The notes under the pieces were generated by a model. The model did no database searches. It saw only the letters and a program-made list of their open reading frames with translations, and was not told where the DNA came from. The position numbers and the translations under genes were made by a program. Below, piece by piece: positions 1-8,514 of a stretch of 29,866 nt of DNA. This DNA is from Campylobacterota bacterium (GTDB lineage: Bacteria > Campylobacterota > Campylobacteria > Campylobacterales > Sulfurovaceae). Position 1 is the first letter of the stretch; every line of letters begins with the position of its first letter. The stretch is from positions 1 to 29,866 of the forward strand of contig JAYEOM010000131.1 in assembly GCA_034722955.1 (NCBI GenBank). Direction: 5' to 3'.

Positions 1-1914
1 TTGATTTTTTTCACCAGCACTTAGTTTTATCTTCTCTTGCTTTAAAATTTTATCTACTTCTATTTTGAAGATATTAAAATCATCATGCTCATCTGTTCCT
101 ATATGCTCTTTTAAAGTATTAGCTACACTCAAGTACATATTGTGTTTTTTCCATAAAGGTTGTGATAGAAGAGATTTTTTATGTTTAGCAGTCAGGTTTA
201 TCTCTTGCTTTTCGCACCACTCTAATATCTCTTTTTCATACTTACTTATATCTTCATATACAGCATCACCAAACTCTTTATAAGCCCAAGTCATAGGTTC
301 TATTAATGATTTGTCATATCTAAGAGTTTCTATTAGTTCGTCTCTTAGTTGTGCTTTTAATCTTTTTGGTCTCTCAATATTTACTTTGTAATATCCAAAA
401 TCACTATTATCAAACACTTTACTTGCTAATTTTTGCTCATCGCCTCTCTCTTGTTCATTCATACTCTGATAAACTTCAATTATCTCTTTTATATGTTCTG
501 GTCTGAATTCACAATTTTTATCTCCAAGATTTTTTCTTAGTTTTTTGTAAAGTTCACCTGCATCTATAAGTTGTACTTTACCTTTTCTTTCTTCACTCTT
601 ATTATTTGAAAGTATCCATATATAAGTAGTGATACCAGTATTGTAAAAAAGGTTATTTGGTAGCTGTATGATGGCTTCTAGCATATCGTTTTCTATGATA
701 TATCTTCTGATATTACTCTCTCCACCACCAGCATCACCAGTGAAGAGAGAACTACCGTTATGTACTGAAGCTATACGACTTCCTAATGGACTTGATGATG
801 TCGGTTTCATCTTATCTACCATCTCCATCAAAAACAGCAGTTGCCCATCACTGCTTCGTGGAGTTGCATCTGCCTCAGCTTCTTCGCCCCAGTAATCTTG
901 CAGCCTAACTATAAAACGAGGATCTATAATATCTTTGCCATCTTTTATATTTTTAAGTTCACTTGCCCATGATTTACCATAAGGGGGATTTGATAGCATA
1001 AAGTCAAACTTCGTTCCACTAAACTCATCAACTGCTAAAGTAGAGCCATTTTTGATATTCTCAGGATTATCCCCTTTTATCATCATATCTGATTTACAAA
1101 TGGCATAAGTCTCATCATTTATCTCTTTTCCATAAAGATAGACATCACCAGTAGCTTGTATCTCTCCATCTTCATCTTTGATAAAGTTTTGAGACTCTGT
1201 AAGCATACCACCACTTCCACAAGCAGGATCATAAATAGTCATAACAGGAGGTAAATTATCTTTAACGGGGTCAAATATGATATGTGTCATCAACTCTATC
1301 ACTTCTCTTGGTGTGAAATGTTCTCCTGCTTCTTCATTATTGTCTTCGTTAAACTTTCTAATAAGCTCTTCAAAAACATATCCCATACCTAGATTTGTAA
1401 GTGGTGGTAACTTTTTACCTTCACCATCTTCTTTTTCTTTATTTGTTAAGTTTATATTTGGAGATGTGAACTTTTCAAGTACTTCTAGTAGTACATCTTT
1501 AGAAGCCATATGTTTGATTTGAGCTCTAAGATTAAACTTCTCTATTATCTCTTTTACATTTGGACTAAATCCATCAAGATACTCTGTGAAATTGGCTTCT
1601 AGCATCTGTTGAGAGTTTGTAGCTGTACTATGCAGTCTTAGAAGTGTCCAAGGGCTTGTGTTGTAAAACACATATCCACTCGCATCTTTTAAACCATTCT
1701 CATCAAGTTCGGTCAGTCCAACTTCCTCTTTTTGAAACTTCACTTCATCAAGAACAGTATCTTTTGTAGGCTCTAGCAGTGCATCAAGTCGTCTCAAAAC
1801 AACCATAGGCAAGATAACATCACGATATTTCCCTCTCACATATACATCTCTAAGACAATCGTCTGCTATACTCCATATAAAAGATACTAGTTTGTTGTGT
1901 GACTCTTGATTCAT
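1..1914 (-). CDS. hsdM: Type I restriction-modification system methyltransferase (M) subunit, 3'-partial (runs off the left edge)
   Basis: Not in the ORF track because there is no stop codon inside the window. ATG at 1914 follows an AGGGG RBS and reads MNQESHNKLVSFIWSIADDCLRDVYVRGKYRDVILPMVVLRRLDALLEPTK (HsdM N-terminus). Also contains AGEHFTPREVI, the SAM-binding YDPACGSGGM and the catalytic FDFMLSNPPY. The frame is still open at base 1 (...KIKLSAGEKNQ). Confidence 0.95.
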   Translation of the reverse strand, partial: MNQESHNKLVSFIWSIADDCLRDVYVRGKYRDVILPMVVLRRLDALLEPTKDTVLDEVKFQKEEVGLTELDENGLKDASGYVFYNTSPWTLLRLHSTATNSQQMLEANFTEYLDGFSPNVKEIIEKFNLRAQIKHMASKDVLLEVLEKFTSPNINLTNKEKEDGEGKKLPPLTNLGMGYVFEELIRKFNEDNNEEAGEHFTPREVIELMTHIIFDPVKDNLPPVMTIYDPACGSGGMLTESQNFIKDEDGEIQATGDVYLYGKEINDETYAICKSDMMIKGDNPENIKNGSTLAVDEFSGTKFDFMLSNPPYGKSWASELKNIKDGKDIIDPRFIVRLQDYWGEEAEADATPRSSDGQLLFLMEMVDKMKPTSSSPLGSRIASVHNGSSLFTGDAGGGESNIRRYIIENDMLEAIIQLPNNLFYNTGITTYIWILSNNKSEERKGKVQLIDAGELYKKLRKNLGDKNCEFRPEHIKEIIEVYQSMNEQERGDEQKLASKVFDNSDFGYYKVNIERPKRLKAQLRDELIETLRYDKSLIEPMTWAYKEFGDAVYEDISKYEKEILEWCEKQEINLTAKHKKSLLSQPLWKKHNMYLSVANTLKEHIGTDEHDDFNIFKIEVDKILKQEKIKLSAGEKNQ

Positions 1915-1981
1915 CTGTTTTACCCCTAAAAGTTATTAGATTTCTTTCAAAACTCATTGGAAACGATGGCTTTGTGCTCGT

Positions 1982-2071
1982 CTAAGGGTGAAGTTCCCTA
2001 ATCACTCCATATACTACAAGCAGTGATACACCCAACACTTTAGCAATCATGTGCTGAGAATAGCCTAAAAG
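1982..2071 (-). pseudogene. Possible decayed helix-turn-helix gene fragment
   Basis: Directly after the yigZ-family TGA, the same frame continues LLGYSQHMIAKVLGVSLLVVYGVIRELHP*. GYSQxxIAKxLGVS is a typical HTH signature. Confidence 0.4.
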
Positions 2072-2656
2072 TCAAAGGTACTGCATAATATATTTGTTTA
2101 CATCGCCATCGGGTTTAAATTTCAATATACTCTCTTCACTTCCCACTATGACCCACTTCACTCCATCTATGCCAAAATCACGCTCATACTGAGTGATACC
2201 GATCTCTTTTAACTGATGCAGTGTTCTGTCTATATCAGAGTAACTTGTCTCAAATAGATACTCTATCTGCTTCTCATAAGGTATCAAAACTGCTCTGGCT
2301 AGTAGATTTTTGACAGCTAAAGCGTATGCTCTTGCCATACCGCCTGTTCCTAGCTTGATACCACCAAAATATCGTACGATCAAGACAGCCACATTTACCA
2401 TCTCTTTACCCCGCAGAACATTTAATGCCGGCACACCTGCACACCCCTTCGGCTCTCCATCATCACTGCTACCCTCTACCATCTGATCAAATTCATTGAG
2501 ATAACGGTAGGCATAAACTACATGATTTGCTTTTGGATTTGACTCTTTTAGCTGCTTTTGATACCCTGCAAATGAGGCATAAGGGATAATATAAGCTATA
2601 AATTTAGAACGGTTGACCTCTGTTAGCTCTTCGTATTTTTCTCGTACCGTGATCAT
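2072..2656 (-). CDS. yigZ: YigZ/IMPACT (UPF0029) family protein
   Basis: SKFIA, ANHVVYAYR, SSDDGEPKGCAG and VRYFGGIKLGTGGMARAY motifs. Confidence 0.93.
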   Translation of the reverse strand: MITVREKYEELTEVNRSKFIAYIIPYASFAGYQKQLKESNPKANHVVYAYRYLNEFDQMVEGSSDDGEPKGCAGVPALNVLRGKEMVNVAVLIVRYFGGIKLGTGGMARAYALAVKNLLARAVLIPYEKQIEYLFETSYSDIDRTLHQLKEIGITQYERDFGIDGVKWVIVGSEESILKFKPDGDVNKYIMQYL

Positions 2657-3009
2657 CTCAAATAGACTTTTCTAGTAACAAAATAGATGATCACACCACC
2701 AAAGATACCTATAGTATCAGCAAGAACATCCAGCAACTCACCACTACGGTTGACAGCGAATAGTTGTGAAGTCTCTATAAAAATACCATAAAAGAGCATA
2801 AGAGCAGATGCCCAAAAATATTTGATACGATAGGCATGCAGGATGAGGATTGTCAAGATAGAAAATGCGATAAAGTGGTTGCCTTTGTCATTGAATGGTG
2901 TCAACTTCGGTACACTATCATGAGGCATAACAGCAAGTATATAGCTACCCACGAGTGCTATCCAAAAAAGAGTCTTAACACTTTTTCTATTCTCATACGG
3001 CATCGACAT
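2653..3009 (-). CDS. VanZ-like family membrane protein
   Basis: Four hydrophobic segments; DKGNHFIAF, IETSQLF and R-x4-DVLADTIG motifs of the VanZ family. Overlaps both neighbours. Confidence 0.85.
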   Translation of the reverse strand: MSMPYENRKSVKTLFWIALVGSYILAVMPHDSVPKLTPFNDKGNHFIAFSILTILILHAYRIKYFWASALMLFYGIFIETSQLFAVNRSGELLDVLADTIGIFGGVIIYFVTRKVYLR

Positions 3010-3928
3010 ACTTTACGATCATATCGACAAATTTGTCACTATCATTGAGACATTTTGCAACTATATACTCTTGATATTTAAGCTTTTGGGCTATCTCTCT
3101 ATGCTCAATATCAAGTTCAAAATCTGTCTCAGAGTTATCAATAGTAAAAGCTATAGGGTAGATAAGGACTCTTCTATTGCTAGGATTTCGCAACACATCT
3201 GCAAGATTTGGCTCCAACCAAGCAGAAGATCCTACTTTGGACTGATAGGCAAGCTTTATCTGCTTGAACTCCACACCTCTCTCTCTCAGATAGATCTTTA
3301 GTGCTGATACATTTGCCTCAATCTGCTTCTCATATGGATCACCAGCTTTGATGATACTTACAGGCAGACCATGTGCTGAGAGGATGAGATCATACTCTCT
3401 AGGATCCCTACCCTCTATAGCTTCTGTGATCTTCTCAACACTTGCTTCTATATAATCATAATCATCATAATAGGGATCGATCACTCTAATAGCAGGCTCA
3501 TATCCTATAGCAGCACATCTCTCCTCAATATCTTCTATAGATGAGAGGGTGGTAGTTGTTGAATACTGTGGATACATAGGAAAAAACAGCAACTCCTCAA
3601 CCCCCTCTTTTTGACAAGAGAGCAGTGACTCTGTTGCAAAAGGCGGAACATAACGCATCGCTGCATATATAGGTATCGACAATTTTTCTTCAAGTTTATG
3701 GATCAACTCTTGCGTCAATGCCGGAAGCGGGGATCGTCCACCCAGCTCTCTATAGTTCTCTTTGACACTCTCAAGGCGTTTGCCTATAATAATCTTTGCA
3801 ATCAAACTCCGCAGGTAGCGATTCATAGGGAGTATATTTTTATCAGCAAACATATTTTTCAAAAAAAGTTCAATCTCATCCAAATTGTTAGCTCCACCCA
3901 TATTGAGAAGAAAAAGTGCCTGTTTCAT
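2993..3928 (-). CDS. hemH: Ferrochelatase
   Basis: LLNMGG, GGRSPL, AMRYVPP, PMYPQYSTTT, SAHGLP, GDPY, YQSKVG..WLEP and FTIDNSETDFELD motifs. Confidence 0.97.
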   Translation of the reverse strand: MKQALFLLNMGGANNLDEIELFLKNMFADKNILPMNRYLRSLIAKIIIGKRLESVKENYRELGGRSPLPALTQELIHKLEEKLSIPIYAAMRYVPPFATESLLSCQKEGVEELLFFPMYPQYSTTTTLSSIEDIEERCAAIGYEPAIRVIDPYYDDYDYIEASVEKITEAIEGRDPREYDLILSAHGLPVSIIKAGDPYEKQIEANVSALKIYLRERGVEFKQIKLAYQSKVGSSAWLEPNLADVLRNPSNRRVLIYPIAFTIDNSETDFELDIEHREIAQKLKYQEYIVAKCLNDSDKFVDMIVKYVDAV

Positions 3929-3953
3929 TTTGTTACCTTCATATTATTGCAGT

Positions 3954-3962
3954 ATTTTAGCA
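3954..3962 (-). promoter_or_regulatory. Extended -10 promoter (TGcTAAAAT) for hemH-vanZ-yigZ
   Basis: TGCTAAAAT on the minus strand about 25 nt upstream of the hemH ATG. A divergent TAAAAT at 3972-3977 (+) could serve kdsB. Confidence 0.6.
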
Positions 3963-4008
3963 TATAGAGTGTAAAATTTAGTTCAATAATTACTATTAAA
4001 GGCTTATT

Positions 4009-4728
4009 ATGATTATCATACCTGCTCGTATCGGCTCTAGCCGTTTTCCCAACAAAGTTCTTGCTGATATTGCAGGTACACCTATGGTTATCAGGACGGC
4101 ACTAGCTGTTGATGAGATCGACCAAGTTACAATCGCTACAGATACCCAAGAGGTGATCGATATAGCCCAAGAGCATAATATTCAAGCTGTTTTGACCTCC
4201 AATAGACATCAGAGTGGGACAGACAGGATCTTTGAGGCTGCACAGATATTGGGTCTTGATGATGATGAGATCATTATCAATGTTCAAGGTGATGAACCCT
4301 TCATCGAGTCAGATGTAGTCAGAGCTATCTATGATTTGACAAAAAAGAGTAGTTCAAATAGAGAGATATTGATGAACTCTGCATATAAACAGATCAACAA
4401 CCCTGAAGCTGATGATCCCAATATAGTAAAAGTCGTGACAGATAGAGATGATATAGCTCTCTACTTCTCTAGAGCCAAAATACCATATCCAAGAGATCAC
4501 CATTTTGACAGCTATAAAGGTCATCTCGGTATATATGGCTTTACTATGAGATCATTGAGAGACTTTTGCAGCCTGCACCCTGCTCCACTCGAAGATATAG
4601 AGAAGCTAGAACAACTCAGAACACTATATCATGGATACAAGATCGCTATGACACAAGTAGAGACAGAGAGTTTCGGTATTGATACACAGGATGATTTGGA
4701 GAGAGCCATGAGGCACCATACACTATAG
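4009..4728 (+). CDS. kdsB: 3-deoxy-manno-octulosonate cytidylyltransferase (CMP-KDO synthetase)
   Basis: IIPARIGSSRFPNK, HQSGTDR, INVQGDEP, ALYFSRAKIP, HLGIY and EKLEQLR motifs. Confidence 0.97.
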   Translation: MIIIPARIGSSRFPNKVLADIAGTPMVIRTALAVDEIDQVTIATDTQEVIDIAQEHNIQAVLTSNRHQSGTDRIFEAAQILGLDDDEIIINVQGDEPFIESDVVRAIYDLTKKSSSNREILMNSAYKQINNPEADDPNIVKVVTDRDDIALYFSRAKIPYPRDHHFDSYKGHLGIYGFTMRSLRDFCSLHPAPLEDIEKLEQLRTLYHGYKIAMTQVETESFGIDTQDDLERAMRHHTL

Positions 4729-4750
4729 CTTGATACTCCTCCCAAGCAGA

Positions 4751-4770
4751 GGTGGGATTTTGGTCCCACC
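4751..4770. repeat. GC-rich hairpin between convergent genes (terminator or REP-like palindrome)
   Basis: GGTGGGA-TTTTGG-TCCCACC, a perfect 7-bp stem between the kdsB and platform-protein stop codons. No U-tract on either strand. Confidence 0.6.
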
Positions 4771-4780
4771 ATATTAAATA

Positions 4781-6028
4781 CTAGTTATTGACAGCTCTAC
4801 CTAGATCCCACATCGGCATAAAGATACCCAATGCCATCAATAGTACCAATCCTGCAATAAAGAACATCATAATAGGTTCAATATAGGTCGAGAGGTTATC
4901 TATGATATCTTGGAAACGCATATTATAATACTCAGTTACCTTCTCTAGCATCGCATCGAGCTGACCGCCTGCTTCACCGGCCTTGATCATCTGTAGAAGC
5001 ATATTTTCAAACAGTCCAGTCTGGTCAAACGCTTCTGCTAGACTCATACCTCTTCCGATATTGGCATTGACTGTCAATAGTTGCTGCTTAATCGCACTAT
5101 TATCAACCATACCCACAGCAGTCTCTAGAGACTCTGAGACAGGAATACCGGCTTTTACCAACTCTCCGAAAACCAAAGTATACTTATACATAGTAGAGAG
5201 AAAGATAACTTTATTGATAAGATAAAAATGAGGATGTATCAATATAGTATCTACTCTAAATTTGAAGGATTCACTGTTGTTGTAACTATACTTGCCTAAG
5301 TATATCAAACCAAATAGACCCATCAATACAAAAAGACCATAATTACTCAATATATGTTCCAGCCAAAGTAAAACTTTGGTTGGCATAGGAAGCTCAGCCT
5401 TAAACTTATCAAATATCTCTTTAAATTTTGGTACAACAACCATAATCAAGATGGTAAAGGCTATCCCCATCGCCGTCAATGTTATCAGAGGAGTACGGAT
5501 CGCCTTTTTGAACTTTGCAGCATTGTTTCTAAGGTTCTCAAGAATCTCTGCCAACTTCAGATATGATCCAGATATATTACCTGTCCTCTCTCCTAGATCA
5601 GTCATAGCTACAGCCACATGACCAAACTCATCACTAAACTGACTCATAGAATCAGAGAGACTTTTTCCGGCATTTATATCATTGCTAAGTGTTGTATATA
5701 TAGCTTTAAGCTGTTGATTTTCTGTATTTTCTGCCACCTCTACTAGAGTATCATTGATAGCTATACCCGCATCAGTCATAACAGCTATCTGTCTAATAGT
5801 TGATATTTTATCATTTACATTGATACTGCCTTTAAAAGATTTTTTAAAACCCTTCGTAAAATTTCCAATCACATCCTCCATAGGAGCTGAAGTCTCTACG
5901 GCTTTGGTGACCATAGAACCTGAAAATTTTCCCTTTGCAATACTTACAGCACTGATTTTATTATCTGCCTGAATCAACTCTGTACGCTTATGACCTTTTT
6001 CCATAACTGTAACATTAAAATATTTCAT
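4781..6028 (-). CDS. Type II secretion/type IV pilus inner-membrane platform protein (GspF/PilC/MshG/CtsF family)
   Basis: Two T2SSF repeats (GKSLSDSM...GERTG; GMSLAEAF...MIKAGEAGGQLDAML), VVPKF and a C-terminal IEP...IFMPMW; three TM segments. Confidence 0.93.
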   Translation of the reverse strand: MKYFNVTVMEKGHKRTELIQADNKISAVSIAKGKFSGSMVTKAVETSAPMEDVIGNFTKGFKKSFKGSINVNDKISTIRQIAVMTDAGIAINDTLVEVAENTENQQLKAIYTTLSNDINAGKSLSDSMSQFSDEFGHVAVAMTDLGERTGNISGSYLKLAEILENLRNNAAKFKKAIRTPLITLTAMGIAFTILIMVVVPKFKEIFDKFKAELPMPTKVLLWLEHILSNYGLFVLMGLFGLIYLGKYSYNNSESFKFRVDTILIHPHFYLINKVIFLSTMYKYTLVFGELVKAGIPVSESLETAVGMVDNSAIKQQLLTVNANIGRGMSLAEAFDQTGLFENMLLQMIKAGEAGGQLDAMLEKVTEYYNMRFQDIIDNLSTYIEPIMMFFIAGLVLLMALGIFMPMWDLGRAVNN

Positions 6029-7764
6029 TATAACCTCGCAACCCTAAATATCTCTTCAAGGCTTGTACTTCCACCCAATGCCTTGATAATACCATCTTCA
6101 AACATAGATACAAATCCCTCTTGAATCGCCTGTTTAGTCATCTCCTCTTTAGATGCACCTGCTGCAATCATCCTAGAGAGTGTATCACTAATGGGTAACA
6201 CCTCCGAGATCATTTCACGCCCAGCATAGCCTGAGTGCTGACACTCTTTGCAGCCATCACCTTTAAAAAAGAGTGGTTCCTCTGGAAGAAATTCACTAAT
6301 CTCAGATATAAGTTTTTCAGAAGGTTGTGTTTCTACTTTACAATGAGGACATATTTTACGAACCAATCTCTGTGCTTGTATGGCAACCAATGCACCACTC
6401 ACGAGGTAGGGTTCTATTCCCATATCCAGGATCCTATTGACAGCAGATATTGAATCATTGGTATGAAGCGTTGATAGTACCAAGTGTCCTGTCAACGCTG
6501 CTTGTATGGCGATCCTCAATGTCTCCTGATCTCGAATCTCACCGATCATTACCTTATCAGGATCCTGACGGAGTATTGATCTCAAAGCATCTGAAAAGCT
6601 CAGTCCGACATGTGCATTGACCTGCACCTGCTGAATACCATTCATTTGGTACTCTACAGGATCCTCAACCGTAATCGTCTTATCTTTAACATCCTTGATA
6701 GCATTCAGAGCACCATAGAGTGTTGTTGTTTTACCACTTCCCGTAGGTCCAGTAACTAGAACTATTCCAAATGGTACTTTAATACCTTCAGAAAACTTCC
6801 TATAGTTTAGATTACTCATACCGGCATCTTCCAGCTTGATGAGTACTTTTGTCTTGTCCAAAATCCTCATAACTATCGATTCACCAAAGAGTGTAGGAAG
6901 AGTAGAGACCCTAAAGTCGAACTCTTTTCCGGTAATGGTAGCACTGAATCTGCCATCTTGAGGTTTTCTCTTCTCTGCGATATCAAGGTTAGATAGTAGT
7001 TTCATACGCGAAGAGAGTGGTGCGAAAATATCTTTATCAAAAATAAAACTCTGTCTCAACATTCCATCGACTCTATCACGAACCATACAGTTCTTCTCTG
7101 TCGCCTCTATATGAATATCACTAGCTCTCGATACAATAGATGATTTGAGAATAATCTCTATCAATTTCAACACGGCAGGTGACTCATCGTCCTGATCATC
7201 ATTGCCTGATTGTGACAGATCTTTTCTAATCTCATCAACTAAACCCTTGATACTCTCAGTGATCTCTAGCTGCTGTAGATGCTTTCTGATCTGTGATGGT
7301 TTGGCAATCGCAACATTGATAGGTTTTTTTGGAAAAATTCTCTGTAGTCCATCCCTAGCAGCCATATCCAATGCATCACCAAATGCCACCAATATACTAA
7401 TATCAGTCTCCTCTATAGGCATAGCATTATATTTGATAAGCTGTCGATATGGCAGTTTACTGAAAAGATGCATATCAATATCAATATCATCTAAATCAAC
7501 ATATTTAATATTCAACTCTTTTGCAACCATCGCAAGGATAGGACTAATATCAATCCCTTCAATCTTCTCAAGATGATCTAGGGTAATAACGCCTTGTCTG
7601 ATTTTTTTTGCTAGATAAGACTCAACCACATTAAGATCAAGCATATTCATATCAACAAGATTACTAAAGGATACTTTTTTTGGAGGTCTGCTTCTCACCA
7701 ATGTAGATATTGCATCTTTGGTTATAAGGTTCTCACCCAACATCATCTCAATAAGTTTAACCAT
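6028..7764 (-). CDS. Pilus/T2SS assembly ATPase (GspE/PilB/MshE/CtsE family)
   Basis: RASDIHIE, RVDG, KPQDGRF, Walker A GPTGSGKTT, TVEDPVEY, LRQDPDKVMIGEIRD, TGHLVLSTLHTND and tetracysteine CPHC...CKEC. Confidence 0.96.
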   Translation of the reverse strand: MVKLIEMMLGENLITKDAISTLVRSRPPKKVSFSNLVDMNMLDLNVVESYLAKKIRQGVITLDHLEKIEGIDISPILAMVAKELNIKYVDLDDIDIDMHLFSKLPYRQLIKYNAMPIEETDISILVAFGDALDMAARDGLQRIFPKKPINVAIAKPSQIRKHLQQLEITESIKGLVDEIRKDLSQSGNDDQDDESPAVLKLIEIILKSSIVSRASDIHIEATEKNCMVRDRVDGMLRQSFIFDKDIFAPLSSRMKLLSNLDIAEKRKPQDGRFSATITGKEFDFRVSTLPTLFGESIVMRILDKTKVLIKLEDAGMSNLNYRKFSEGIKVPFGIVLVTGPTGSGKTTTLYGALNAIKDVKDKTITVEDPVEYQMNGIQQVQVNAHVGLSFSDALRSILRQDPDKVMIGEIRDQETLRIAIQAALTGHLVLSTLHTNDSISAVNRILDMGIEPYLVSGALVAIQAQRLVRKICPHCKVETQPSEKLISEISEFLPEEPLFFKGDGCKECQHSGYAGREMISEVLPISDTLSRMIAAGASKEEMTKQAIQEGFVSMFEDGIIKALGGSTSLEEIFRVARL

Positions 7765-7785
7765 AATTATCTACCTTTATTAAAA

Positions 7786-8514
7786 TTAAATTTTACCCTG
7801 CTTAATTTTTACTATTAGAGCTTTTGCTTTTTTTGAATTTGTCTTCTGCTCATAAGCTTTCAGGATCTCTATAGATTCTCTCTGAGAACCTTTTTTAGCT
7901 TTTGTTTTTGCAAAAATCAACCAACTCTCTTCTACTTTAGAGTTGAGATTATTTGTTATCAGCGCCCATTTTTGTGCATCATCATACTGACCCTTCTCAT
8001 AGTATGCTCTCGCAAGAAAAAGCGAATCATGATAACTCTTGGATTTACTAAATTTTTTCTCTACATCTTTAATAGATTTTTTCTTTTTCTGACTATTCTT
8101 GGCTTTGTCACTACTGGTTTTTTTTGGATATCGATCTGTTACCTCTATTTTTAAATATTTTCTCTTATGCTCTTTTTCGGCAGCCCCTTCCAAGCGATCA
8201 CCTGTTTCGATCATCATCATTGGGTACCTTGCCTTTTGAACACTGCCATTTGACTCTATGTTGGCAGTTGTATTTAATTCTGATTTACTCTTTATGGGTG
8301 GAATATCTGGTTTTGACAATTGACTCTTGTTTGCCTCCTCTAGCCAAGAGATATTATGATCTCTCATATAGTCTGTGAGTAGTGTTGAGACCTCTTCTCT
8401 ATAGATACTATAGCCCACAATCAACAGAACAGATATAAGAAAAATATACCAAGGTATACGCTTTTTTGACCTGTATTTTTTCCACTCTATCTCTAAACTA
8501 TCTACATTATACAT
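7786..8514 (-). CDS. Membrane-anchored TPR-like accessory protein (MshN/CtsX position)
   Basis: N-terminal TM helix, Lys-rich linker and C-terminal helical repeats (LFLARAYYEKGQYDDAQKWAL; SWLIFAKTKAKKG). Lies between the AAA ATPase and the assembly ATPase. Confidence 0.7.
   Translation of the reverse strand: MYNVDSLEIEWKKYRSKKRIPWYIFLISVLLIVGYSIYREEVSTLLTDYMRDHNISWLEEANKSQLSKPDIPPIKSKSELNTTANIESNGSVQKARYPMMMIETGDRLEGAAEKEHKRKYLKIEVTDRYPKKTSSDKAKNSQKKKKSIKDVEKKFSKSKSYHDSLFLARAYYEKGQYDDAQKWALITNNLNSKVEESWLIFAKTKAKKGSQRESIEILKAYEQKTNSKKAKALIVKIKQGKI

Noticed and set aside
65..1522. Three plus-strand ORFs (65-283, 668-895, 1277-1522)
   Set aside because: Antisense shadows of hsdM; Ser-rich with no recognisable motifs.
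2653..3009. vanZ as evidence of glycopeptide resistance
   Set aside because: VanZ-like proteins are widespread with unknown function; no van cluster is present and the host is Gram-negative.
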